Assembly: GCA_903928275.1 (NCBI GenBank)
Contig: CAIYQJ010000155.1
Span: 1 to 58,601, forward strand
Direction of reading: 5' to 3'
DNA length: 58,601 nucleotides
Source: an uncultured Chloroflexota bacterium
Lineage (GTDB): Bacteria; Chloroflexota; Limnocylindria; Limnocylindrales; CSP1-4
A program made the position numbers and the translations under genes. The first letter of the stretch is position 1. Each line of letters starts with the position of its first letter. Shown piece after piece: positions 37,818 to 46,580 of the stretch. Below the pieces are notes generated by a model. That model made no database searches. It saw nothing but the letters and a program-made list of their open reading frames with translations, and was not told the origin of the DNA.

Positions 37818-39149
37818 TCACAGGAAGAGTCGAGGGTTCCGGAACGACTGGCCCAGCTCGACCATCCAGTGCAGGTGCGGGCCGGTGGTCCGGCCGGTCA
37901 TGCCCTCGTAGCCGATCACCTGCCCCTGCGCCACCTTCTGCCCCGCGTGCACCGGCGGGCCCGGCTCCAGGTGGGCGTACCACGTCTGCAGCGCGGTGGA
38001 ATGGGCGATGATCACGATGACCGCCTTGGGGTAGGGGTCGTACGGGTTGTAGCCGGCGAAGACGACCACGCCGTCGCCGGCTGCCCGGATCGGCGCGCCC
38101 ATCCCGGTGGCGATGTCGATCCCGTTGTGGTAGTGCGCGCAGTTGCCGAGCGGCGGCTCCGCCTCGACGCCGGTGCACCCGAACTCCTGCGTGATGACCC
38201 CCGACAGGGGCCATGCGAGCGACCCGTTGTACTGCGATGGGATGTTCCCGCCGAGCTGCTGGGACGCGATGATCTGGGCGATCTTGTCCTTCAGGGCGTT
38301 CTCGGCGGCGATCTCGCGGTTCATCGCCGCCTTGAGCTGCGACGAGGTGAGGTTCGCGCGCCTGAAGTTGCCCTGCTGGATGCCGAGCTGGCGGCTGGTC
38401 TCGGCCTCCAGCTTCTTCAGCTTGTCGCGGGAAGCCTTGAGCGTCGCCAGGTTCGCGACGACCGCGAGCTTCTCGGCGCGGGTTTCGAGGCGCAGCTCGT
38501 CGGCCGTGGAGCGCGCCTGCTCCGCCGACTGCTGCGAGATCTGGAGGAGCTGGCGTTCGCGGTCGATCTGGGTCGCGAGGGCCTGGTCCTGCGCGGAGAT
38601 GTCGAGGTAGGAGGAGACGTCCGAGATGATGTCCGTGAACGACTGCGCGGAGAGGACCGTCTCGAGGACCGACGTGCGGCTCGTGACGTAGGCGGCTCGC
38701 AGCCGCGTGGCGAGCAGGGCCTTCCGGATGGTGAGGAGGCGCGTCTGCTGTTCGATGTCCGCCTGGAGCCCGGCGACCTGGACGTCCCAGTCCTTGACCT
38801 GCCTCGTCAACGCCTGGAGGCGGTCGCGCGACTGGTTCACGAGGGTCGTCGTGGTCGCGACACTCTTCCGGACGTCGGCGAGGTTCGCGTTCACGCCGTC
38901 GAGCTTCGCGGCCGTGGCGGCGATGTTCGTCTGCAGCCCGGCCTGGAGGACGCGCAGGTGGGCGATCTGCGCCTTCTGGGCCTCGATCTTCGCCTGGATC
39001 GCCTTCTGCTTCGCGTAGGCATCCGCGAGGGGGTCGCCGGCGCTCACCGGCGCGACGAACATGCCCGCGAGGAGCGCGACGAGGCAAGCCACGACGACGA
39101 GACGTGCCCGTCGTGCCGCGAGCCCGCGCCCGATGTGCGGGCGCCTCAC
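37818..39149 (-). CDS. M23-family metallopeptidase with an N-terminal anchor and long coiled coil
   Basis: The C-terminus has HYHNGIDIA and GPHLHW (HxxxD/HxH). About 250 aa are Gln/Ala-rich coiled coil, and the signal anchor is [22 protein letters not shown]. The start is either GTG 39149 or the longest-ORF start at 39299. Confidence 0.8.
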   Translation of the reverse strand: MRRPHIGRGLAARRARLVVVACLVALLAGMFVAPVSAGDPLADAYAKQKAIQAKIEAQKAQIAHLRVLQAGLQTNIAATAAKLDGVNANLADVRKSVATTTTLVNQSRDRLQALTRQVKDWDVQVAGLQADIEQQTRLLTIRKALLATRLRAAYVTSRTSVLETVLSAQSFTDIISDVSSYLDISAQDQALATQIDRERQLLQISQQSAEQARSTADELRLETRAEKLAVVANLATLKASRDKLKKLEAETSRQLGIQQGNFRRANLTSSQLKAAMNREIAAENALKDKIAQIIASQQLGGNIPSQYNGSLAWPLSGVITQEFGCTGVEAEPPLGNCAHYHNGIDIATGMGAPIRAAGDGVVVFAGYNPYDPYPKAVIVIIAHSTALQTWYAHLEPGPPVHAGQKVAQGQVIGYEGMTGRTTGPHLHWMVELGQSFRNPRLFL

Positions 39150-39338
39150 CTTCCGTATGCCTGGGGCGACGTCATCCTGCGAACGAGACTCCTCTGCCGC
39201 GCTGCCACAGCGCGGTGGGCTCCACGCTCGCCGGCGCTGCTCGTCCGTGGCTGGGCACGACCTGGACGACTCCGGCTCGTCCCACTCTACCACCGCCACC
39301 CGCGATGCCCGTCCGTGGGCCTCGCCGGCCGCGCGGCA

Positions 39339-39971
39339 TCACAGCCGGACCAGGACGCCCCACATGGCGCCGATGATGAGGAACGGCCCGAACGGGACGT
39401 AGCTCTTCAGGGTGATGCGGCGCGCGGCGAGCAGCGCCACGAGGACGACGCCGGCGAGGAGGACGCCGGCGAACAGGCCGAGGATCGTGCGGGCCAGGCC
39501 CTCCAGGAGCCCCACGCTCACGAGGAGCTTCACGTCACCGAGGCCGAGCGCCCCCGCCCCGAACGGGACCGACAGGAGGAAGAGGCCGAGGGGCACGACG
39601 ATCGCCGCGACCACCGCGAGCAGCTCCTCGCCCCGCACGAGCGGGTTCAGCCCCAGGATCATGAGCGCGGCGGCGATCGGGATGAGCGGGAGCGTGATGA
39701 GGTCCGGGAGGAGGCGCTGGTCGAGGTCCGTCGCGAGCAGCAGGACGAGGACGGCGAACCAGGTCCCGAACAGGAGGAGCGTGCCCGTCTCGGCGACGCG
39801 CGCGCCGAGCATGCCCATCGCGACGCAGCCCACGAGCACCGCGACGGCCGTCCGCCAGCCCGGCGAGCGTCGCGACCCGTCGTCGTGCGCCGGCCAGCGT
39901 ACGGCGATCCGATCGGCGACGAGCCCCCACGCGCCGCCGCCGATCGCGAGCACGATCACGACCGCGGCCAC
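39339..39971 (-). CDS. A24-family prepilin-type aspartic peptidase (no methyltransferase domain)
   Basis: It is a polytopic membrane protein with LLLATDLDQRLLPD and GLGDVKLL catalytic-Asp contexts. Confidence 0.75.
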   Translation of the reverse strand: MAAVVIVLAIGGGAWGLVADRIAVRWPAHDDGSRRSPGWRTAVAVLVGCVAMGMLGARVAETGTLLLFGTWFAVLVLLLATDLDQRLLPDLITLPLIPIAAALMILGLNPLVRGEELLAVVAAIVVPLGLFLLSVPFGAGALGLGDVKLLVSVGLLEGLARTILGLFAGVLLAGVVLVALLAARRITLKSYVPFGPFLIIGAMWGVLVRL

Positions 39972-40058
39972 GGCCTCACCCGGTCTCCCGCCGATGGCCC
40001 GGACGCGCCCGGTCCATCCGCTCGAAGGTCGGCGTCGCGGCAGCCGGCGCCGCGGACG

Positions 40059-41573
40059 TCAGCGCGCACCTGCAAGCGCGAGCTCGACGAGGGTGGCGTG
40101 CGTGGTACCCGTGGCGCCGCGCGAGGCCCACGGACGGGCCTTCCGGAAGTACGCGGTCCCGCCGATGTCCATGTGCACCCACGGGCGGGTGACGAACTCG
40201 CGGATGAACAGGCCGCTCTTCACGAGGCCGCCATCGGACGAGCTGGAGTTCGTCAGGTCGGCGTACCAGCTGTCCATGTCGGCTCGATATTCGTCCACCA
40301 GCGGCACCTGCCAGAAGGCTTCGCCGGCGCGGGCGGCGGCGGCCATCACGTCGTCGAACCAGGGCTGGGGTGTCCCGAACGCGCCGGTGACGAGCTCGCC
40401 GAACGCCCGCGCCACCGCCCCGGTGAGCGTGGCCACGTCCACGAGGTGCGTCGCACCGAGCTGCTCGGCGTACGTGAGGGCGTCGCCGAGGATGAGGCGG
40501 CCCTCGGCGTCCGTGTTGATGATGTCGACCGTCTTCCCGTTGAGGGCGCGCACGACGTCGCCGGGCCGGGCCGAGTGCGGGCCGGGCATGTTCTCGACCG
40601 CCGGCGCGACCGCGAGCAACGGCGTGCCCGGCGCGAGTCGCGCCAGTGTCGCGATCGCCGCGATCACCGTGCACGCGCCGGTCTTGTCCATCTTCATCTC
40701 TTCCATCCGGTCGGCGGACTTGATGCTGATGCCGCCGGAATCGAAGCACACGCCCTTGCCGACGAGCGCGAGCAGCCGGCCCCGGGCGTCGGTGGCGCCC
40801 TCCGGGCCGGAGCGGAGCACGATCATCTGGGGCGGGTTGTCGCTCCCCTGCCCCACCGCGAGGAACATCCCCATGCCCATCTCGGCCGCGCGGTCCGGGC
40901 CCACGACATCGATCGAGAGGCCGTGCTCCTCCGCGATCGCGCGCGCCTCGTCCGCGAGGACCCGCGGCGTCACGTCGTTCGCCGACCGATTCGCGAGCCG
41001 CCGCGCGAGGTTGGCCCCCTCGCCCATCACCTGCCCACGCTCGGCGCCGGCCGCGACCGAGACGGCGTCGGCGCCGGGCGCGATCAGGACGAGCTCGTCC
41101 AGGACGGGCAGCGCGGACTCCACGGCGTCGCGGTAGATGGTCGACGGGTCGAAGCCGCCCTCGACGACGCCGCGCGCGATGAGCTCTGCTGCGGCGGAAG
41201 CGCCCCCGTCGAGGAGGACGGCCAGGTCTCCGAGGGAGACCGCGAGCGTGTGGACCGCGCGGCCCTCCAGGCGACGCTCGATCGCGGCACCGATGCGCAC
41301 CACGGCCCGCCGGTCGATCGTCGCGGCCTCTCCGGCGCCGATCGCGAGGACGCGACCCGCGGGCAGGTCCCCGTTGGCCACGAGGGCGGTGGCGAACGGC
41401 TTCGATCGGACCTCGCCGAAGGCGTGCTGCGCGCGGAGCTCGCCGCCGGTGCGACGGTCGAGCTCGCCGAGCGTGCCGTCCCAGGCGGGCTCGCCGACGA
41501 TCGGGACCGCGAGGAGGTCTGCGGGGACGTCCCACGGCTGGTCGGTGACGACGCGGATGTGCATCGGGTCCAT
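40059..41573 (-). CDS. pepA: Leucyl aminopeptidase (M17)
   Basis: It has VGKGVCFDSGGISIK, the NTDAEGRLILGDALTYA signature and HMDIGG. Confidence 0.9.
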   Translation of the reverse strand: MDPMHIRVVTDQPWDVPADLLAVPIVGEPAWDGTLGELDRRTGGELRAQHAFGEVRSKPFATALVANGDLPAGRVLAIGAGEAATIDRRAVVRIGAAIERRLEGRAVHTLAVSLGDLAVLLDGGASAAAELIARGVVEGGFDPSTIYRDAVESALPVLDELVLIAPGADAVSVAAGAERGQVMGEGANLARRLANRSANDVTPRVLADEARAIAEEHGLSIDVVGPDRAAEMGMGMFLAVGQGSDNPPQMIVLRSGPEGATDARGRLLALVGKGVCFDSGGISIKSADRMEEMKMDKTGACTVIAAIATLARLAPGTPLLAVAPAVENMPGPHSARPGDVVRALNGKTVDIINTDAEGRLILGDALTYAEQLGATHLVDVATLTGAVARAFGELVTGAFGTPQPWFDDVMAAAARAGEAFWQVPLVDEYRADMDSWYADLTNSSSSDGGLVKSGLFIREFVTRPWVHMDIGGTAYFRKARPWASRGATGTTHATLVELALAGAR

Positions 41574-41726
41574 GTCCTCCGGATCGGTCGGCGGCCGGCC
41601 GGGCCGATCGCGCTGCAGTCTCGCCGGCGCGACGGGAGGATCCGTGCGTCGTTCACGCCCGCGATCGGCCGCGACCGCACTTGCGTGGGACGCCGCGCTC
41701 GACGCGGCGACGATGGCGGCGTCCCC

Positions 41727-42668
41727 CTACTGTACCGCCCCGCCAGCTGCCGCGAGCCTGCCCCGCGCCTGCTCGATCGTGATGACGGCCTGGTTGAGCC
41801 CGCCCCGGGCGATGTCGGCGAGGATGACGACGAGAGCGCGCGTGTCGGGCGGAAGCTGCGCTCGCGCCGCGTCGACCCCGGCGAGAGCCGCGCGCACCTC
41901 CGGCGTCACGCGTCCTTTGGATGCCACGAGCCGCGTGTAGAGGTCGCGGAGCGCGGCATCGATCGCGACGTTCCGGGCGATCCAGGAGTCGAGCGTGCTC
42001 ACGTCCACGTGCCGCGCCAGGTCGTCGCGGATCGTTCGCGCGGCGGCGAGCTCCGCGCCCGAGGCGTCGAGCTTCGCGAGCGCGGCGGCATACGCCCCGT
42101 GACTGCCTTCGAGCGCCGCCTCGCCCGACCGCGCGTCGTGGGTCGTGAGGTGCGCCACCAGATCCAGCGCGGGCACGCTGCCCGCCGCGAGCGTCCCCCA
42201 CGCGGCCCTGAGGCCTTCGGTCGCCGGGAGCGCGGACTCGAGCCGACCGAAGTGCGCGAGCGTCGCGGGCGAGTAGCTGGCCACGGCGTCCGGGCCGCCG
42301 AGCGGCATCGCGTCGACCTCGGCGCGGAGCTTCCCGACGCGGGCGTCGATCGCGTCGAGGCGCGGGTAGCCGGCCGCCACCGCCGTCTCAACGCCCGCCG
42401 CGTCGGCCGACACGAGAGCCGCCAGCGCGTCACGGCCGGCGCCGCTCAGCGCCCCCACCTCGGCCTCGAGCACGGCGAGGGACGCGTCGGCGGCGGCGAG
42501 GGCCGGGGCGATCGCGGCGTCCGCGGTCGCCGTCAGCTCCGGCCGCGCGCCGCTCCCCGGCAGGTGGTCGGCACCGGCGACGATCCCCGCGCCCCCGAGC
42601 GAGATCGCCACGGCCACCACGAGCCACGCGATCGGGGACGCCAGCCGCCGCATGCGTTCGATCCGCAC
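41727..42668 (-). CDS. Hypothetical Ala-rich membrane-anchored protein
   Basis: The 313-codon ORF has strong G/C third-position bias and an N-terminal TM (IAWLVVAVAISLGGAGIVAGA). I recognise no family. Confidence 0.5.
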   Translation of the reverse strand: MRIERMRRLASPIAWLVVAVAISLGGAGIVAGADHLPGSGARPELTATADAAIAPALAAADASLAVLEAEVGALSGAGRDALAALVSADAAGVETAVAAGYPRLDAIDARVGKLRAEVDAMPLGGPDAVASYSPATLAHFGRLESALPATEGLRAAWGTLAAGSVPALDLVAHLTTHDARSGEAALEGSHGAYAAALAKLDASGAELAAARTIRDDLARHVDVSTLDSWIARNVAIDAALRDLYTRLVASKGRVTPEVRAALAGVDAARAQLPPDTRALVVILADIARGGLNQAVITIEQARGRLAAAGGAVQ

Positions 42669-42677
42669 GTGCGCCGC

Positions 42678-43655
42678 CTACGCGGCAGTGGCCCCGGGCG
42701 CCGGTCGCTTCGCCGTGGCCGGATCCTGGTCCCGCTTCTTCGCCTGCAGGTACCAGAGCTGGCCCTCCATGGACCGCGGCACGAACCCGAAGGCGCGGTA
42801 GCACCCGTCGAGCGGGCCCACGTTGTCCAGGCGCAGCTGGCGCAGCTGGTCGCTCGCGACCGGGAACGGGAGGCGGACAGCCTCTGCCGTCCGCGCGACC
42901 GCGCCGATGATCGGCACGGGGAGCCGAACGATCCGTCGACCGCGGCGCATCCCGGCGAGGACCTCCCGCGTGATCTCGCGGTACGTCCAGTACCGCGGGC
43001 CACCGAGCTCGATCGCCCGCCCGATCGTCGACGGGTCCTCGAGCGACATGCGGACGCAGATCGCGAGATCCGCGACGGCGAGCGGCTGGAAGCGGCTCTT
43101 CCCCGAGCCGGGTACCGGCACCACGATCGGGGAGGTCCTGACGAGGTCGGCGACGATGTTGAAGAAGCCGTCGCGCGGCCCCCAGAGGAGCGAGGGCTTG
43201 AGGACGGTCCAGTCGAGCCCGCTCGCGCGCACCGCCGCCTCGGCCTTCGCCTTCGAGCTCGCGTAGTGCAGCTCGGGATCGTCCTTCACGCCGAGCGCGC
43301 CCACGTGGATGAAGCGGGTCACACCGGCCTGCCGCGCTGCTTCGAGCATCCGCACCGTGCCGCCGACGTTCACCCGTGCCAGGCTCTTCCCGTCATCGCG
43401 GTCGCGCGCGATCGCGACGAGGTGAACAGTCGCGTCGACGCCGATGAGGGCCTCGGCCAGCCCTGCGCCCGCCACCGGGTCGCCGGTCCGCAGCTCGACC
43501 GATCGTCGCTGGTCGGCGTCCAGGCGGGCCATGACCGCGTCACCGGAAGCCCGGTCGCGGACGAGCGCGACGACGCGATGGCCGCCGGCCACGAGCTCCG
43601 GGACGACGTGCGAGCCGACGAATCCGCTGGCTCCGGTGACGAGAGCGATGGCCAT
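42678..43655 (-). CDS. NAD(P)-binding atypical SDR (NDUFA9/NmrA-like epimerase/dehydratase family)
   Basis: It has the N-terminal Rossmann motif VTGASGFVGSHV and a YASSKAKAE catalytic-like motif. Confidence 0.8.
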   Translation of the reverse strand: MAIALVTGASGFVGSHVVPELVAGGHRVVALVRDRASGDAVMARLDADQRRSVELRTGDPVAGAGLAEALIGVDATVHLVAIARDRDDGKSLARVNVGGTVRMLEAARQAGVTRFIHVGALGVKDDPELHYASSKAKAEAAVRASGLDWTVLKPSLLWGPRDGFFNIVADLVRTSPIVVPVPGSGKSRFQPLAVADLAICVRMSLEDPSTIGRAIELGGPRYWTYREITREVLAGMRRGRRIVRLPVPIIGAVARTAEAVRLPFPVASDQLRQLRLDNVGPLDGCYRAFGFVPRSMEGQLWYLQAKKRDQDPATAKRPAPGATAA

Positions 43656-43730
43656 CCGGTCTTCCTCGCGTGGTCATGCGGCCGGCCCGGAACGGTCCGC
43701 CCGCCGTCCGCCTCGGCCCGGAGTGGCGGA

Positions 43731-43742
43731 CGGATGCATCCG
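43731..43742. promoter_or_regulatory. Perfect 12-bp palindrome CGGATGCATCCG in a divergent promoter region
   Basis: It lies between the SDR gene (minus) and adenosine deaminase (plus) and is a candidate operator. No regulator gene is adjacent. Confidence 0.25.
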
Positions 43743-43858
43743 CATCGTAGCATCGGCCGGTGGACGGACAGGACAGCTCGGCGGTCGCAGGGACGGCCGC
43801 GAGCGGGATGGGTGACGGAACGGGCCGCGGGACGGGCGCCACCGGCCAGCCGGGGGCG

Positions 43859-44941
43859 ATGACGCCGGCGGCGCTTCGACGCCTCGTGGAGGCGATGCCG
43901 AAGGCTGAGCTGCACCTCCACCTCGACGGCGCGGTCCTGCCGGCGACCGCCCTCGAGATCGCGCGGACGCGCGGGGTGGACGCTCCCCGGGACTTCGCGA
44001 CGATGGCGGCCGCGCTCGTGGCCCCGATGCCGTGCCGCGACCAGGCGCAGCTCATCGACGCCTTCGACCTGCCCGTGGCGCTCCTGCAGGACGCGGAGGC
44101 GCTCGAACGGGTCGCGTGCGATCTCGTCATCCTCGAGGCGGCCGCGGGCGCGCGATACCTCGAGATCCGGTGGGCGCCAGCGCTCCACACGCGCAAGGGC
44201 CTCGCGCTCGCGGACGGGATCGCGGCCGTCTGCCGCGGGGCCGCGGAGGGCGAGGCGCGGACCGGGGCGACGGCCCGTCTCATCTGCACGGCGATGCGCT
44301 CCGACGATCCGGGGCGCAACGTCGCGGTCGCCGAGGCGGCCGCATCGTTCCGCGACCGCGGCATGGTCGGGTTCGACCTCGCGGGTCGCGAGGAGCGGTA
44401 CCCGGACGCGGCCGCCCACCGCGACGCGTTCGATGCCGCGCGCGCCGGCGGCCTCCGGATCACGCTCCACGCCGGTGAGTGGGGCGGCGCCGGCCAGGTC
44501 CGTCGCGCGCTCGCGCTCGACCCGGAGAGGATCGCGCACGGCCCGGGCGCCATCGACGACCCGGCTCTCTGCGCCGAGCTGAGGGAGCGTCGGGTCACGC
44601 TCGACCTGACGCCCACGAGCAACGTGCAGGCGGGGATCGTCCCGTCCGTGGCGGACCACCCGCTCGCGCGGCTCCACCGCCTCGGGGTTCCGGTCACGCT
44701 CAGTACCGACGACCCCACGGTCTCGGACGTCCGCCTCGACGACGAGTACGTCCGCGCCGTCGAGGAGATCGGGCTCACCCTGCCGGAGCTGTGGGTGATC
44801 GACCGCCACGCCCTCGACGTGGCGTTCGCCGACGAGGCCGACCTCGTGCCGCTTCGCGCCTCCTTCGACACGTGGGCAGCGGGCATCCCGGAGCTTCACC
44901 CGCCGGGATCACCCGCCGCCGGGTCGCCTGCGGCGAGGTAG
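43859..44941 (+). CDS. add: Adenosine deaminase
   Basis: Motifs are KAELHLHLDG, ITLHAGE, and LSTDDP near the C-terminus. I chose ATG 43859 over the Gly-rich longest-ORF extension. Confidence 0.85.
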   Translation: MTPAALRRLVEAMPKAELHLHLDGAVLPATALEIARTRGVDAPRDFATMAAALVAPMPCRDQAQLIDAFDLPVALLQDAEALERVACDLVILEAAAGARYLEIRWAPALHTRKGLALADGIAAVCRGAAEGEARTGATARLICTAMRSDDPGRNVAVAEAAASFRDRGMVGFDLAGREERYPDAAAHRDAFDAARAGGLRITLHAGEWGGAGQVRRALALDPERIAHGPGAIDDPALCAELRERRVTLDLTPTSNVQAGIVPSVADHPLARLHRLGVPVTLSTDDPTVSDVRLDDEYVRAVEEIGLTLPELWVIDRHALDVAFADEADLVPLRASFDTWAAGIPELHPPGSPAAGSPAAR

Positions 44942-44984
44942 GCCGGTCCCCGGCCGGGGCCGTCGGGAAGGCGGCTCGCTCGCT

Positions 44985-45821
44985 TCAGCCGGCGAGAGTG
45001 TCGAGGACGCGCGCGAGCTCGGCCGCATCGGCGGCCACGGCCGTGGGGCGCGCGCCCGGCTCGAGGGCCGCCAGGTGCTCGGCGCGCGCGACGCCCGTGA
45101 GCACGAGGACGGAGCGGATGCCGGCGGCGCGCGCCGCCGGGATGTCCGTGTGCAGGCTGTCCCCGATGAGGACGGCGTCGGAGAGCGGCAGCCCCGCGGC
45201 GCGGGCGGCCTCGTGCAGCAGGAGCGGCTCGGGCTTCCCGAGCGAGACGGGCACGACCCCCGACGCCGCCTCGAGCGCGGCCACGATCGATCCGGCGCCC
45301 GGCTCGAAGCCGCGCTCGGTGGGGAAGACGGGGTCGCGGTTCGATGCGATGAACGGCGACCCGGCACGGATGCACGCGGCGGCCACCGCGAGCCGGTCGT
45401 AGTCGATGGACCGGTCGAGGCCGGCGACCACGACCTGCGGGCGCCCCGCCGCCTCCGTCGCGTCCATCCCGGAGCGATATGCCGGCCCCGCCTCGCCGGC
45501 CATCGTCACGGTCAGCCCCGCCTCGCGCAGCTCGGCGGCGAGCCCGTCGGACCCGACGACGAGGACCCGTTCGACGCGCGGCGCGAGGCCGGCGACGTAC
45601 AGGGCGGTGGCGCGCGCCGACGTGACGACGTGCTCGATCGTCACCGGGGCGCCGAGCGCGCGGAGCCGCGGCACGTATGCCGCCCGGTGGTGCAGGGAGT
45701 TGTTCGTCACGTAGACGACCGTGTCTCCGCGGGCGACGCGCTCGGCGAGCAGTGCGGGCACGCCCGGCACCGGCTCCGTGCCGCGCCAGACCGTCCCGTC
45801 GAGATCGAGGAGGAGGAGCAT
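44985..45821 (-). CDS. HAD-IIA family hydrolase (NagD-like)
   Basis: Motifs are LLDLDGTVWRG, VTNNS and LIGDSLHTDI. Confidence 0.8.
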   Translation of the reverse strand: MLLLLDLDGTVWRGTEPVPGVPALLAERVARGDTVVYVTNNSLHHRAAYVPRLRALGAPVTIEHVVTSARATALYVAGLAPRVERVLVVGSDGLAAELREAGLTVTMAGEAGPAYRSGMDATEAAGRPQVVVAGLDRSIDYDRLAVAAACIRAGSPFIASNRDPVFPTERGFEPGAGSIVAALEAASGVVPVSLGKPEPLLLHEAARAAGLPLSDAVLIGDSLHTDIPAARAAGIRSVLVLTGVARAEHLAALEPGARPTAVAADAAELARVLDTLAG

Positions 45822-45850
45822 CGCGGTGGATGCTAGCCCCTCTCGCGCGC

Positions 45851-45970
45851 TGCCGGGCAGCGGGCGTGGCTACCGGGCCGCGAGCATGACCGCCGGGCAG
45901 CGGGCGTGACCGCCGGGCCGCGAGCCTTCTCGCCGGGTCGCGAGCGTTGTCGCCGGGTCGCGAGCCGTAC
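45851..45970. repeat. Six tandem 20-bp units (two alternating sequence types) in a divergent intergenic region
   Basis: The units start exactly every 20 bp at 45851, 45871, 45891, 45911, 45931 and 45951. Type A is CGCCGGGCAGCGGGCGTGAC and type B is CGCCGGG(C/T)CGCGAGCNNNNN, in the order A B A B B B. Confidence 0.85.
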
Positions 45971-45979
45971 ACTGCGGGC

Positions 45980-46549
45980 GTGCCCCACCCCGATCCCTTC
46001 CTCGGCGCGGATCGATTCATCGTCGACGGCCGCAACGTCCTCGGTGCCATGCGGCGCGCCGGCGGCGACCTGCCGGCCCAGGCGCTCATCGCGCGCCTGT
46101 GGACTGTCGTGGGGAGCCGGACCCGCATCATCGTCGTCTTCGACGGCGTCCGCGATGGCGGTGCCATCGTCCCGGAGCGCTCGAGTCGACTCGTCGTGCG
46201 CTGGAGCCGCCACGAGTCGGCCGACGACGTGATCGTCCGGATGGTGGCGGAGGCGCCGGTGGGCACGCTCGTCGCCACCGACGACATCGACCTCGGCTCG
46301 CGGGCGCGGGCACTCGGGGCCACGACCGTCCGGTCGCGGCAGCTCGTGGAGCGCTTCGCCCGGCAGCACACCGCGGCTCCTTCGGTCGGAGCTGCGCGCG
46401 CGCCTAGGCCATCCGCCGCGAGCGCGGCCGAGGCCGCCAGCGACGATGACGCGGCGCGCCGGGCATGGAAGCCGGGGCGAGGCGCCACGCGGAAGACCGG
46501 CAACGCCAAGCGCGGGCAACGGCCGAGCGGACCGCCGGCACATGGATGA
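45980..46549 (+). CDS. NYN/YacP-like (PIN-related) domain protein
   Basis: Segments are FIVDGRNVLG, IIVVFDG and ADDVIV, followed by a basic low-complexity tail. The start is either GTG 45980 or the ORF-track start at 45947. Confidence 0.6.
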   Translation: MPHPDPFLGADRFIVDGRNVLGAMRRAGGDLPAQALIARLWTVVGSRTRIIVVFDGVRDGGAIVPERSSRLVVRWSRHESADDVIVRMVAEAPVGTLVATDDIDLGSRARALGATTVRSRQLVERFARQHTAAPSVGAARAPRPSAASAAEAASDDDAARRAWKPGRGATRKTGNAKRGQRPSGPPAHG

Positions 46550-46580
46550 CCGTCGCGAGCGGTCGGAAGGGCAGGTCGTG

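Noticed and set aside
36084-43862. A 2592-aa plus-strand ORF, the longest in the track
   Set aside because: It is codon-aligned antisense to seven well-supported minus-strand genes. Its translation is Arg/Asp/Glu/His/Gly-rich with no recognisable domains. The lack of stops is explained by G/C third positions on the sense strand.
45851-45970. CRISPR array interpretation of the short tandem repeats here and at 48535-48578 and 55274-55303
   Set aside because: The units are 10-20 bp and directly abutting, with no unique spacers. No cas genes are present.
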